Shown piece by piece: positions 39,201-47,699 of a DNA stretch of 64,000 bases. A program made the translations under genes and the position numbers. The stretch is from an uncultured Candidatus Marinamargulisbacteria bacterium. Its GTDB lineage: Bacteria; Margulisbacteria; Riflemargulisbacteria; GWF2-35-9. How positions within the stretch are numbered: position 1 is the first letter of the stretch; the number at the start of each line of letters is the position of its first letter. The notes beneath the pieces are model-generated. The model made no database searches, was not told the origin of the DNA, and saw only the letters and a list, made by a program, of their open reading frames with translations. Location: contig CAIWAN010000053.1 in the NCBI GenBank assembly GCA_903910705.1, positions 20,917 to 84,916 of the forward strand, written 5' to 3'.

Positions 39201-41726
39201 TTATGGGACATAAATGGGGACTACAGCGCCATCGTCAAAAACAAGATAAATCAAGGGAGTAGAGTCTTGTGAGACAAGGATTCGTTTCTTTGTTTTTTGG
39301 GAATATACCGAATCAAGATAAATTGCAGTCGACATGTCCAGTTGAGCTACTTTACTAGCTTTAGCAGGGAATAGCCGATCATCTTTCTTTACCATGATCG
39401 CTTTGATTTTGAGTTGGGAAACGTTACCAGCATCAGCGAATATGTTGAGCTCATTTGGTTTAAACCCAAAACGATAGGTTCGTTTTTTATACAGAAAAGC
39501 ACCTGCAACATTAGAGTTATTTATTATTGAATCACTAGGTTGTGTCACCTGTGTGATTATCGTTGGATTATAGATTTGAGAAATTGCTAAGTTATATTGA
39601 GCATAGTTTTTCGGTCTTTGAGGAATCGCTAAGTTATATTGAGTTTTCTTTGTTGGTCTTTGATTTCTCGTAGAATTTATCGGCTCTCTTTTATAGACAA
39701 CTGCACTATCGGGGGGTAGGGTGAGGGGGTGTTTTGCTTCGCTGAAGCGAAGATGTTGAGTCGGATTCGTTTTTGCCTCGTTAGAATCAAAAACAACACA
39801 TTTCCAGGGACCCTTTCCGAAAAAGCTTAAATCGGTCAACGTTTTTTCTCGATCACTGAAGTTAGAAATGACAACGATTTGCTCGTCATCATTGATAGGA
39901 TTTGTCCGCCGCATGATGGCGACCCCATCCTTGATGTACGAATTTTGCGTTGGCCAAACCCCATCAAGAGGTGATGAGGCATTTGACAACCAGGGACAAT
40001 CCTTTCGTAATTTTCGAAGCTTCTCAAACGAGGTTCTATCGGCGTTCTCATTAATTTCAATTAATTGTAGCGTGTCGTTGCAGAACGCGACCCACATCTT
40101 TTGAAGAATATACTTGTTAAATCTAACAAAATTTAAATCATCACTTTCAAAAAGCCCTCGCCTCACTTCAAAATTGCCTTGGTCTTGCTCAATAAAAAAT
40201 TGACGATGAAAATTGGTTGCGAAGTTCTTCATTTGGGTGGGATCATTCTCAAAAAAGGTCAATAAGTGAGTTCGAGTCTTTAGCTGTTCATCTGTTAGAT
40301 CTAAAAGTCTTCCGATTTTTTCAGCCAATAATGCGGAGGCACGACAAGGGTCTTCCTCATCACGAAAAAAGTCAAACCAATCATAAGGAAACATAAGCGG
40401 AATCCCTTTTGCAAGCATCATCAGAAATTCCATAGGGACATTTCTTCCCGTATAGTCATCATGGGTCGAATAAAAAGGAATTGCATGGGGGTGATGGATT
40501 AATCGATCAAGTAATAACGAAAGAGTATGTGTCCAGCCATCAACTCGTTTTAAGACCGCTCTTGCAAAATGCAGGGTGTCAAAATCCCAATAAAAAATTT
40601 TTCCTTGTGAAGAGGGCGTTATTTGTTGACGTAGTTGCCATCCGTTTTCTGCTTCGAAAAAAAGGTAATTTCCCTCGTTGACTAAGGCCTCAATCAGGGG
40701 AGCGCTTTCGGCGCGTCGGATTTGATCCAATCGAAAATGATTAATGCCAAATTGTTCTTTTAAGAATCGAAGACTTGCCACCGCAAACTCCAAAATAAAA
40801 GGGTCGCTGTAGTTAAATTTAAACCCCCAATCACCCAACTCGGAAAGAAGAAGATTCCATACCTTATTAATCGGACTGTCTAGCTCGGTACAATGATTCA
40901 GTTGAAGGTCGAGTATGGGGATGATGCGTAATTCGCGAAGACGATTAAGAAATCTTAGCCACTCATATGGTGACCCAAAACGAGAACTTAGTGAACAATG
41001 ATATCCAAATCCATCATAACCCCAATTTTTGTTTATATGAGGGGGCGGGTTGTTGATGAAGTGATAGGTATTGATTCCGTCATTTTCTTTAAACAACAAA
41101 TCAGGGAGAGCTGCCACCTCAACGATAGGAAATGTCTCAATCCCTCCTATACTTCGAAAGCGAGGCAGTCGCCGGCCTGTTAAGGCTGTCAACCATTTGT
41201 CTAAAGGTGATAGTGTGCTTTTGTTTGTATTTGAGTCAGGTGATATATCAAAAGATATCTTAACAATGGAGCTAGGGAGTTCATCTGAATCGCTTCTCTT
41301 AAGTGGGACTTTGGTATAGTCAATGATCGTGGCAACTTTGCCTTCTGGTCCTGCAGGGAAATGTCGCCCACAAGGATCTGCATATTCTTTCAAATCGGCT
41401 TTATTATTAACATCGCTACCATAACAATAAAGTGCCCCGAATTTTGACGGGTTGTCGCGATATTCTTGTTGAGAAACATCCGCCATGGGTGATAATCCTT
41501 TGATGGCGACATAAAACACATTATGTGTTTTATCGTGTTTCATATCAATGACGTGACGAACATAATTTCCGTCATCCTTGGGTAAATAGAGAATCAAAGA
41601 TTGCTTCACTTCGGGCTGTTTGGGTGCATAGCAGGCAAAGGTTGTAATTTGAGTTGACGGGTCGTAATGGCCACTTGATTCAACCAGAGAATTGGCGATT
41701 TTTTTTTTGAGATACATTCTGCACAT
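39201..41726 (-). CDS. Glycoside hydrolase family 13 (alpha-amylase superfamily) protein.
   Basis: GH13 conserved regions are present: 'IIPILDLQLNHC' (I), 'GINHFRLDQIRR' (II), 'LFFEAENGW' (III) and 'FYSTHDDY' (IV). 841 aa, with an A9-10 tract at codons 6-9. Confidence 0.65.
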   Translation of the reverse strand: MCRMYLKKKIANSLVESSGHYDPSTQITTFACYAPKQPEVKQSLILYLPKDDGNYVRHVIDMKHDKTHNVFYVAIKGLSPMADVSQQEYRDNPSKFGALYCYGSDVNNKADLKEYADPCGRHFPAGPEGKVATIIDYTKVPLKRSDSDELPSSIVKISFDISPDSNTNKSTLSPLDKWLTALTGRRLPRFRSIGGIETFPIVEVAALPDLLFKENDGINTYHFINNPPPHINKNWGYDGFGYHCSLSSRFGSPYEWLRFLNRLRELRIIPILDLQLNHCTELDSPINKVWNLLLSELGDWGFKFNYSDPFILEFAVASLRFLKEQFGINHFRLDQIRRAESAPLIEALVNEGNYLFFEAENGWQLRQQITPSSQGKIFYWDFDTLHFARAVLKRVDGWTHTLSLLLDRLIHHPHAIPFYSTHDDYTGRNVPMEFLMMLAKGIPLMFPYDWFDFFRDEEDPCRASALLAEKIGRLLDLTDEQLKTRTHLLTFFENDPTQMKNFATNFHRQFFIEQDQGNFEVRRGLFESDDLNFVRFNKYILQKMWVAFCNDTLQLIEINENADRTSFEKLRKLRKDCPWLSNASSPLDGVWPTQNSYIKDGVAIMRRTNPINDDEQIVVISNFSDREKTLTDLSFFGKGPWKCVVFDSNEAKTNPTQHLRFSEAKHPLTLPPDSAVVYKREPINSTRNQRPTKKTQYNLAIPQRPKNYAQYNLAISQIYNPTIITQVTQPSDSIINNSNVAGAFLYKKRTYRFGFKPNELNIFADAGNVSQLKIKAIMVKKDDRLFPAKASKVAQLDMSTAIYLDSVYSQKTKKRILVSQDSTPLIYLVFDDGAVVPIYVP

Positions 41727-41884
41727 CTTCAGGGGCGAATAGGGTGTTATTGTTCACAATTTCAAATGTCAAAGAGGAGTAAGCATCAGCGATAATTTTA
41801 AATTTTGACATAACTCACCATATGTAATATGTCGTTGATTTTGATAAATAAAGTCAAAAATACATATCGGTTGTTGTTGGTGCT

Positions 41885-42787
41885 TTAGTCTGTCATCAAC
41901 GGAAACCCCAGCGCCTCCCGTTTAGCGAGATAGAGCGCCGCGCATTTTTTGGCCAGATGGCGGATGCGGGCGATGTAGTGGGTGCGCTCGGTGACACTAA
42001 TGGCACCGCGGGCATCGAGTAGGTTGAAGGTATGCGAACACTTTAGACAATAGTCGTATCCGGGTAAGACGAGGTTCTTCTCAAGGCAACACTTTGACTC
42101 GTTCTCGAACAACCCAAAAAGCTGCTGAAGCATGTCGACATTGGCCACCTCAAAATTATAGGCACTTTGTTCTTTTTCGTTTTGCATATAAATATCGCCA
42201 TAACGGATATCCCCGACCCATTTGACGTCAAAGACCGAATCGACACCTTGAATGAACATAGCTAGACGCTCGATGCCGTAGGTGATCTCGACTGAGATAG
42301 GACTAAGCTCGAGGCCGCCACATTGTTGAAAATAGGTGAATTGGGTGACCTCCATGCCATCGAGCCACACCTCCCAACCCACCCCTGCCGCTCCGAGTGT
42401 AGGGGATTCCCAGTTGTCCTCAACGAAACGCAGATCGTGGTCAGCTACCTTAACGCCAATGGCTTCAAGGCTCTGGCGATAAAGCTCCTGCACATTGAGC
42501 GGGGAGGGTTTTAAGATGACCTGAAATTGAAAATAGTGAGCAAGGCGATTGGGGTTCTCGCCGTATCGGCCATCGGTGGGTCGACGAGAGGGCTCGACAT
42601 AGGCCACGTTAAATGGCTCGGGCCCAAGGACGCGAAGGAACGTGGCGGGGTTCATGGTGCCCGCACCCTTTTCGATATCGTAGGGCTGCTGAATAATGCA
42701 GTTTTGCTTTGCCCAGAAGTTTTGCAAGGTGAGGATGATGTCTTGGAAGGTTTGATCGTTCTTTGTCATGCGGGCATTATGCCACAT
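41885..42787 (-). CDS. glyQ: Glycine--tRNA ligase alpha subunit.
   Basis: '[46 protein letters not shown]' is highly conserved in GlyQ. Confidence 0.92.
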   Translation of the reverse strand: MWHNARMTKNDQTFQDIILTLQNFWAKQNCIIQQPYDIEKGAGTMNPATFLRVLGPEPFNVAYVEPSRRPTDGRYGENPNRLAHYFQFQVILKPSPLNVQELYRQSLEAIGVKVADHDLRFVEDNWESPTLGAAGVGWEVWLDGMEVTQFTYFQQCGGLELSPISVEITYGIERLAMFIQGVDSVFDVKWVGDIRYGDIYMQNEKEQSAYNFEVANVDMLQQLFGLFENESKCCLEKNLVLPGYDYCLKCSHTFNLLDARGAISVTERTHYIARIRHLAKKCAALYLAKREALGFPLMTD

Positions 42788-42827
42788 TTCCCCAAAAGCC
42801 GGCTAGTCCAATAGATATTGCGCGTGC

Positions 42828-42833
42828 TATAAT
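42828..42833 (+). promoter_or_regulatory. Putative -10 element (TATAAT) for the rpsF operon, in the divergent intergenic region shared with glyQ.
   Basis: TATAAT is about 55 nt upstream of the strong SD 'taaggag' and the rpsF ATG. No clear -35. Confidence 0.25.
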
Positions 42834-42889
42834 CCGACTCGGTCTGTCAATGGCCTCACTATTTATTACACAGTGTAAGGAGTTTTTAT

Positions 42890-43210
42890 ATGAAATACGA
42901 ATTGATCATTATTCTAAAACCAGAAAGCCAAGAAGAGAAGGTTGATGAGGTCGTTAAACGCTACGAAACCTTCATCACCGAGAACAAAGCTGCTTTCGTG
43001 GGTGTCGAGAAATGGGGCCGTCGTCCGCTGATGTCGGCACTTCGTCGTGCTAATCACCAAGGCGAGGGCTATTATGTCCTTATTAACTTTGATGATGAGA
43101 ATAAAATTATCGAAAAACTCAATTACAAACTCAAGATCGACGAAGATATCCTTCGCAGCATGGTTGCTCGCGCCGTAACGACCAAACGTTACGAGGAGAA
43201 AGAGTCCTAG
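42890..43210 (+). CDS. rpsF: 30S ribosomal protein S6.
   Basis: 'MKYELIIILKPE...' is typical of S6. The SD 'aaggag' precedes it. Confidence 0.9.
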   Translation: MKYELIIILKPESQEEKVDEVVKRYETFITENKAAFVGVEKWGRRPLMSALRRANHQGEGYYVLINFDDENKIIEKLNYKLKIDEDILRSMVARAVTTKRYEEKES

Positions 43211-43214
43211 ATTT

Positions 43215-43598
43215 ATGTCTGCTGTGAATAAGATCGTGATGATCGGAAATTTGACGACAGATCCTGAGGTTCGCGTAACCACAGAAGGCACGTCGATGAC
43301 CCGCTTTACGATGTTGATCCAACGAGGCGGGGTTAATCAAGATAAATCAGACCTTATCCCCGTTGTATGTTGGGGCAAATTAGCCGAACAAGCCAATGAC
43401 ACTTTCCAAAAGGGCATGATGGTCGTTGTTGAGGGACGCATTCAAAACCGTTCCTTTGATGACAAAGACGGTCAAAAAGTATATACCACCGAAGTTATTG
43501 CTAGTTATGCACGGCTCTTAGACGGTAGTGCCGTGTCCAGTGTCGACAAGGCAGCCGATGAGGCTGAGCCCTATGTCGAAGACGATATCCCGTTTTAG
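43215..43598 (+). CDS. ssb: Single-stranded DNA-binding protein (copy 1, 127 aa) with an acidic C-terminal tail 'EDDIPF'.
   Basis: OB-fold residues 'NKIVMIGNLTTDPEVR' and the C-terminal tip DDIPF. Confidence 0.85.
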   Translation: MSAVNKIVMIGNLTTDPEVRVTTEGTSMTRFTMLIQRGGVNQDKSDLIPVVCWGKLAEQANDTFQKGMMVVVEGRIQNRSFDDKDGQKVYTTEVIASYARLLDGSAVSSVDKAADEAEPYVEDDIPF

Positions 43599-43611
43599 GA
43601 GACCATGACGA

Positions 43612-43980
43612 ATGTATAATAAAGTATTTTTAATTGGCAACTTGGCTCGCGACCCCGAAATGCGATATACCACAGCGGGTATCCCTGTGACCAAGTTCTC
43701 TGTGGCCGTTAATCGCCGCGGAGGCAAAGATGAAGTTGATTTTCTTAATATCGTCGCTTGGCGTAAATTGGCCGAGATCTGTGGCGAGTATTTAAGCAAA
43801 GGCAAAAAGGTGTCGATCGAAGGTCGTTTAGAGATCGATACTTATGAAAAAGAAGGGAAGCAACGCATCTGGGCGCAAATTATCGCTGATGATGTGCAAA
43901 TTCTTTCCCGCAAAGACGAAGAGACTAAATCCGAGGAGCCGTCCAGCAATGGGGCGAGCGACGAAGACGTTCCATTCTAG
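43612..43980 (+). CDS. ssb: Single-stranded DNA-binding protein (copy 2, 122 aa) with an acidic C-terminal tail 'DEDVPF'.
   Basis: 'NKVFLIGNLARDPEMRYT' and the C-terminal DEDVPF. Tandem paralog of the previous gene. Confidence 0.85.
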   Translation: MYNKVFLIGNLARDPEMRYTTAGIPVTKFSVAVNRRGGKDEVDFLNIVAWRKLAEICGEYLSKGKKVSIEGRLEIDTYEKEGKQRIWAQIIADDVQILSRKDEETKSEEPSSNGASDEDVPF

Positions 43981-44009
43981 TTAAAAGATTTGTAAGGAGG
44001 ACGAGATAA

Positions 44010-44279
44010 ATGGCAATGAAGCAACGTGAAAATGCATCAAGTAATAATATGAGACCGGTAAAGTTCCGCAAAGTGAAGAAGCGCCCTTGTTCGCTTTGTA
44101 CCGCTCGAGTTGAAGAACTCGACTACAAAGAGGTCAATACCCTCAAGCGTTATATTACCGAACGAGGGAAAATCGGGCCTCGTCGTGCGACAGGGCTATG
44201 TCCTATTCATCAAAGAGCGGTAGCTCATGCGATCAAACGTGCTCGTGAAGTGGCCCTCGTGCCACATGTTTTGGATTAA
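44010..44279 (+). CDS. rpsR: 30S ribosomal protein S18.
   Basis: 'CSLCTARVEELDYKEVNTLKRYITERGKIGPRRATGLCPIHQRAVAHAIKRAR'. Confidence 0.9.
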   Translation: MAMKQRENASSNNMRPVKFRKVKKRPCSLCTARVEELDYKEVNTLKRYITERGKIGPRRATGLCPIHQRAVAHAIKRAREVALVPHVLD

Positions 44280-44293
44280 GGGAGGCTATTTTA

Positions 44294-44809
44294 ATGAAAG
44301 TTATACTACTTGAAGATGATACGAAGTTAGGCGATAAAGGCTCTGTTGTTGAAGTTGCAAAAGGATTTGCCCAAAACTTTTTGATCCCTTTTAAAAAGGC
44401 GGTTATTGCAACAAAAGGCAATATTTCGGTCATGACCAATGCACTCAATATGGCTAAGAAAAAGATCGCTAAAGAGCAAAAATCACATCAAGATCTTGCG
44501 GATAAACTCAGTGGTTTATCCCTCGATTTTACGCACAAAGCCGGTGCGACGGGCCATCTATATGGAACCATTACGACCGAGCAAATTGTAGAATATATCA
44601 AAGAAAAATCGGGCGTTGAGATCTCGAAGAAAAAAGTCGTCCTGAGCACCCATATCAAAATGGCAGGCACGTATTCGGCGAAGATCAAACTCTATTCGGG
44701 TGTCGATGTGACATTGCCGGTAGTGGTTACCGCCGTTAGTGATGAAGAGATCGGTTCGAGAGAAGGACGTCCTACGATACGTACAGCTCGTCACGCAACC
44801 AAGTTCTAG
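44294..44809 (+). CDS. rplI: 50S ribosomal protein L9.
   Basis: 'MKVILLEDDTKLGDKGSVVEVAKGFAQNFLIP'. Confidence 0.9.
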   Translation: MKVILLEDDTKLGDKGSVVEVAKGFAQNFLIPFKKAVIATKGNISVMTNALNMAKKKIAKEQKSHQDLADKLSGLSLDFTHKAGATGHLYGTITTEQIVEYIKEKSGVEISKKKVVLSTHIKMAGTYSAKIKLYSGVDVTLPVVVTAVSDEEIGSREGRPTIRTARHATKF

Positions 44810-44959
44810 AAACCTCTTAGCAAAATGTTTGTCGGCGGTGTTGCCTACGGTGTTTGCTCCTCGATGTATGTTTAATACACCTGCGGGGCTCGCACCTTGG
44901 CGCCTAGCCGATAGACCTTTTTGCGTCGAGTATAGTTCGTATCTGGATCGAAAATAGGC

Positions 44960-46567
44960 ATGAGTCCTATTTCGGAAATTCCTGAAATTCCATCCTCGCC
45001 GGGGATATATCTCATGAAGAATGAGGCCGGCGAGGTGCTTTATGTGGGTAAAGCCAAAAATCTCCGAAAACGTGTAACGCAATACTTCAAACCCAGTTCG
45101 CCCCTTGCCCCCAAAATTGCGGTCTTGGTCGAACAGATCGCCCATATCGACTATGTGGTGGTCCAAAATGAAGTCGAGGCCTTGGTTCTCGAAAATCAGT
45201 TCATCAAGTCCCATGATCCCAAATACAATACGCGTCTCAAAGACAGTAAAACATACCCCTACTTAAAGTTAGACTTAACCGAACCGTTCCCTCGACTGAT
45301 CCAGACGCGCCTACGAAAGGCCGATAAGGCACTTTATTTCGGGCCGTTCGTGTCGGGATATCTGTTGTCCGAGTTGATGGGCGTGATCCGTGAACATTTC
45401 CATTTGAGGCGATGTAAAAAGATCCCCAAGCGCAATATCCCCTGTCTCTATTATCATATGGGGCGATGTTCGGGGCCCTGTATCGGCAAGATCACGGCAG
45501 AGGATTATCAAGTTTGGATAAAGGAGATCACCATGCTGCTGGAAGGGCGCTATGGCAAACTCATCGCCGCTGTTCATGAGCAAATGAATCGGGCCAGTGA
45601 CATGCTGAATTTTGAGAAAGCGGCTCAGTTTCGCGAACAATCCAAAGCTATCGAACAACTTCGGGACAAGCAACGGGTCGAATCTCTGACGCAAGACGAC
45701 AACCTCGATGTGTTTTTGGTGATGATGTTCGATGATTATGTGATCTTGCAGGTTTTTCGCGTCAAAGAAGGCTGTTTGGTTCAGAACTATAGTTTCGATA
45801 TGGAGAATACCCGTATCGATGAAAAAGAGGATATTATGGCGACAGGGGTGATGCAATTCTATCAAGAACAGAGCGATGTTCCTCGTCGAGTCATCGTTGA
45901 TCATGAGCCGGAGGGGCTTCGGGGTTGGTTGGCGCAGAGAGGCATGAAGCTTAGTTTGGCTGTTCCGAGTTCGGCCGAAGGACAGTTGATGGATATGCTT
46001 CGTCAAAATGCGTTCCACGTCATGAAGCGAAAACTCATAACAAAACAAGGGCTTTCTTACGACCAAGTGGCTAAGAAATTGGCGGATGACCTTGGGTTGT
46101 CGAAGAATCCTCGACGGATCATTGGCATCGATATCTCTCATTTAGGGGGAACGCAAATTGTGGCGTCGTGTGTTAGCTTTATGGACGGTGTTCCGGATAA
46201 AGACGATTATCGAAGGTTCAATATCAAGACCGTCGAGTATAATGACGACTATGCCTCGATCGCTGAAGTGGTGACCCGCGTTGCAAAACGATTTACATCC
46301 AAGCAAAGACCGGATCTGATGTTGATTGATGGAGGGCTTGGCCAACTCCATGCGGCGATGGAAGCCCTCCGGAAATTAGACGTCAAAGGGCTCGATATTT
46401 TGTCGCTCGCAAAAAAAGAAGAAATTGTTTATTTGCCGACCCGCCCGAATGGGGTAAAATTAGACCATCAACATTCGGGGCTAATAATCCTGCAGCAAGT
46501 TCGGGATGAAGCGCACCGATTTGCCGTACAATTTCAGCGCCATAAAAGGAAAGCGATATTTCAATGA
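44960..46567 (+). CDS. uvrC: Excinuclease ABC subunit C. GIY-YIG and RNase H-like endonuclease domains are present; the C-terminal (HhH)2 domain appears to be absent.
   Basis: GIY-YIG 'PGIYLMKNEAGEVLYVGKAKNLRKRV'. C-terminal 'RDEAHRFAVQFQRHKR', after which the ORF ends. Confidence 0.75.
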   Translation: MSPISEIPEIPSSPGIYLMKNEAGEVLYVGKAKNLRKRVTQYFKPSSPLAPKIAVLVEQIAHIDYVVVQNEVEALVLENQFIKSHDPKYNTRLKDSKTYPYLKLDLTEPFPRLIQTRLRKADKALYFGPFVSGYLLSELMGVIREHFHLRRCKKIPKRNIPCLYYHMGRCSGPCIGKITAEDYQVWIKEITMLLEGRYGKLIAAVHEQMNRASDMLNFEKAAQFREQSKAIEQLRDKQRVESLTQDDNLDVFLVMMFDDYVILQVFRVKEGCLVQNYSFDMENTRIDEKEDIMATGVMQFYQEQSDVPRRVIVDHEPEGLRGWLAQRGMKLSLAVPSSAEGQLMDMLRQNAFHVMKRKLITKQGLSYDQVAKKLADDLGLSKNPRRIIGIDISHLGGTQIVASCVSFMDGVPDKDDYRRFNIKTVEYNDDYASIAEVVTRVAKRFTSKQRPDLMLIDGGLGQLHAAMEALRKLDVKGLDILSLAKKEEIVYLPTRPNGVKLDHQHSGLIILQQVRDEAHRFAVQFQRHKRKAIFQ

Positions 46568-47691
46568 AGCGGATCTTTTTACTCTTTTGTTTATTATGCC
46601 TCGTAACTCTTGCGGCGGATCCCAATGATGAGGTCGCTAGAAAAACGCGTGAGCTGGAAGCCTTGAATCAACGCATCCTTCAACACCGTGATGTCATTGG
46701 CCGAACCGAGCGACAAGCGCGTGATGTTGCTCGCACGATCACTAAGATAGAAGGGGAGTTGGTTCGACAAAATCAGCTTCACGAAAAAGTGAGCGGACAG
46801 ATCGATCACACCAAAGGCGAGATCGGCAAAGTCGAGTTGGATCTATTCAATGAACGAAAAAAATTTGAGATCGCACAGGCGAGCTTGATGTACAAGGTCG
46901 ATCAATTTCATCGTTTAGGCGAGACCAATTTTATTGAGATCTTGTTTAACTCTGATGAGTTTACCGATCATCTCAATGAGCTGTATTTCTTTGAAAGCAT
47001 GATCACGACGAATGTAACATTTTTGAATGACGTTCGCGAGAAAAAGACGCAATTAACCCGACAAGAAAATAAACTGAGTGGCTTGCTGGGTAATCTCAAA
47101 ACCCAAGAGCATCAAATTGTGGTGATCAAAACGGTCATTAACGAGAATAAAAAGACGAAGGAGAAATTACTCCAAGAACTTATGCAGCAAAAAGCCGAAT
47201 ATGAAAAACAACTGCATCAACTGGAACGAGATTCGGCCCAGATCCAAGATATGATCGTTCGACTTCAACGACAAGGGGGGCGTACGCAATGGATCGGGGA
47301 TGGCCGCTTTATTTGGCCGGTTGTGGGGAAGATCTCTTCGTATTTTGGTAAACGAATGCACCCGATCTTTAAAGTCGAGGCAACCCATACAGGGCTTGAT
47401 ATCGCGGCGCCGATGGGGCGTCCCGTTTTTGCAGCCTCGGATGGGGTTGTCCTTTATTCGGGTAATTGGGGGGGCTATGGGAAGACGGTCGTTATCGACC
47501 ATGGCGCAGGGTTTACAACCATCTATGGCCACTTGTCAGCGTTCTATGTGAAACGCTCGGCACAGATCACCAAGGGGCAAATTATCGCCTTGGTGGGGAG
47601 TACCGGATGGTCGACAGGCCCTCATCTCCATTTTGAGATCCGACAAGCCGGAAATGCGGTTGATCCGCTTAACTACTTGCCAAGACAGTAA
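46564..47691 (+). CDS. M23 family peptidase with an N-terminal coiled coil (EnvC-like murein hydrolase activator).
   Basis: Signal peptide and coiled coil, then an M23 domain with 'HTGLDIAA' and 'GSTGWSTGPHLHFEI'. Confidence 0.85.
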   Translation: MKRIFLLFCLLCLVTLAADPNDEVARKTRELEALNQRILQHRDVIGRTERQARDVARTITKIEGELVRQNQLHEKVSGQIDHTKGEIGKVELDLFNERKKFEIAQASLMYKVDQFHRLGETNFIEILFNSDEFTDHLNELYFFESMITTNVTFLNDVREKKTQLTRQENKLSGLLGNLKTQEHQIVVIKTVINENKKTKEKLLQELMQQKAEYEKQLHQLERDSAQIQDMIVRLQRQGGRTQWIGDGRFIWPVVGKISSYFGKRMHPIFKVEATHTGLDIAAPMGRPVFAASDGVVLYSGNWGGYGKTVVIDHGAGFTTIYGHLSAFYVKRSAQITKGQIIALVGSTGWSTGPHLHFEIRQAGNAVDPLNYLPRQ

Positions 47692-47699
47692 AAGTCGTT

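Noticed and set aside
38994-39272. Plus-strand 92-aa ORF between the HExxH and GH13 genes.
   Set aside because: It is translated from the 13-bp tandem repeat (giving 'FQFQFS') in an intergenic promoter region on the opposite strand of the operon. It is most likely spurious.
39201-41726. I first considered the 841-aa protein to be part of the defence array.
   Set aside because: It contains all four GH13 conserved regions (DLQLNH, GINHFRLD, FFEAENG, FYSTHDD). I therefore call it a carbohydrate-active enzyme, possibly island cargo but not a defence effector.
42788-42889. Possible T-box leader upstream of glyQ.
   Set aside because: The intergenic region is only ~100 nt, far too short for a T-box riboswitch. 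No specifier or antiterminator structure is evident.
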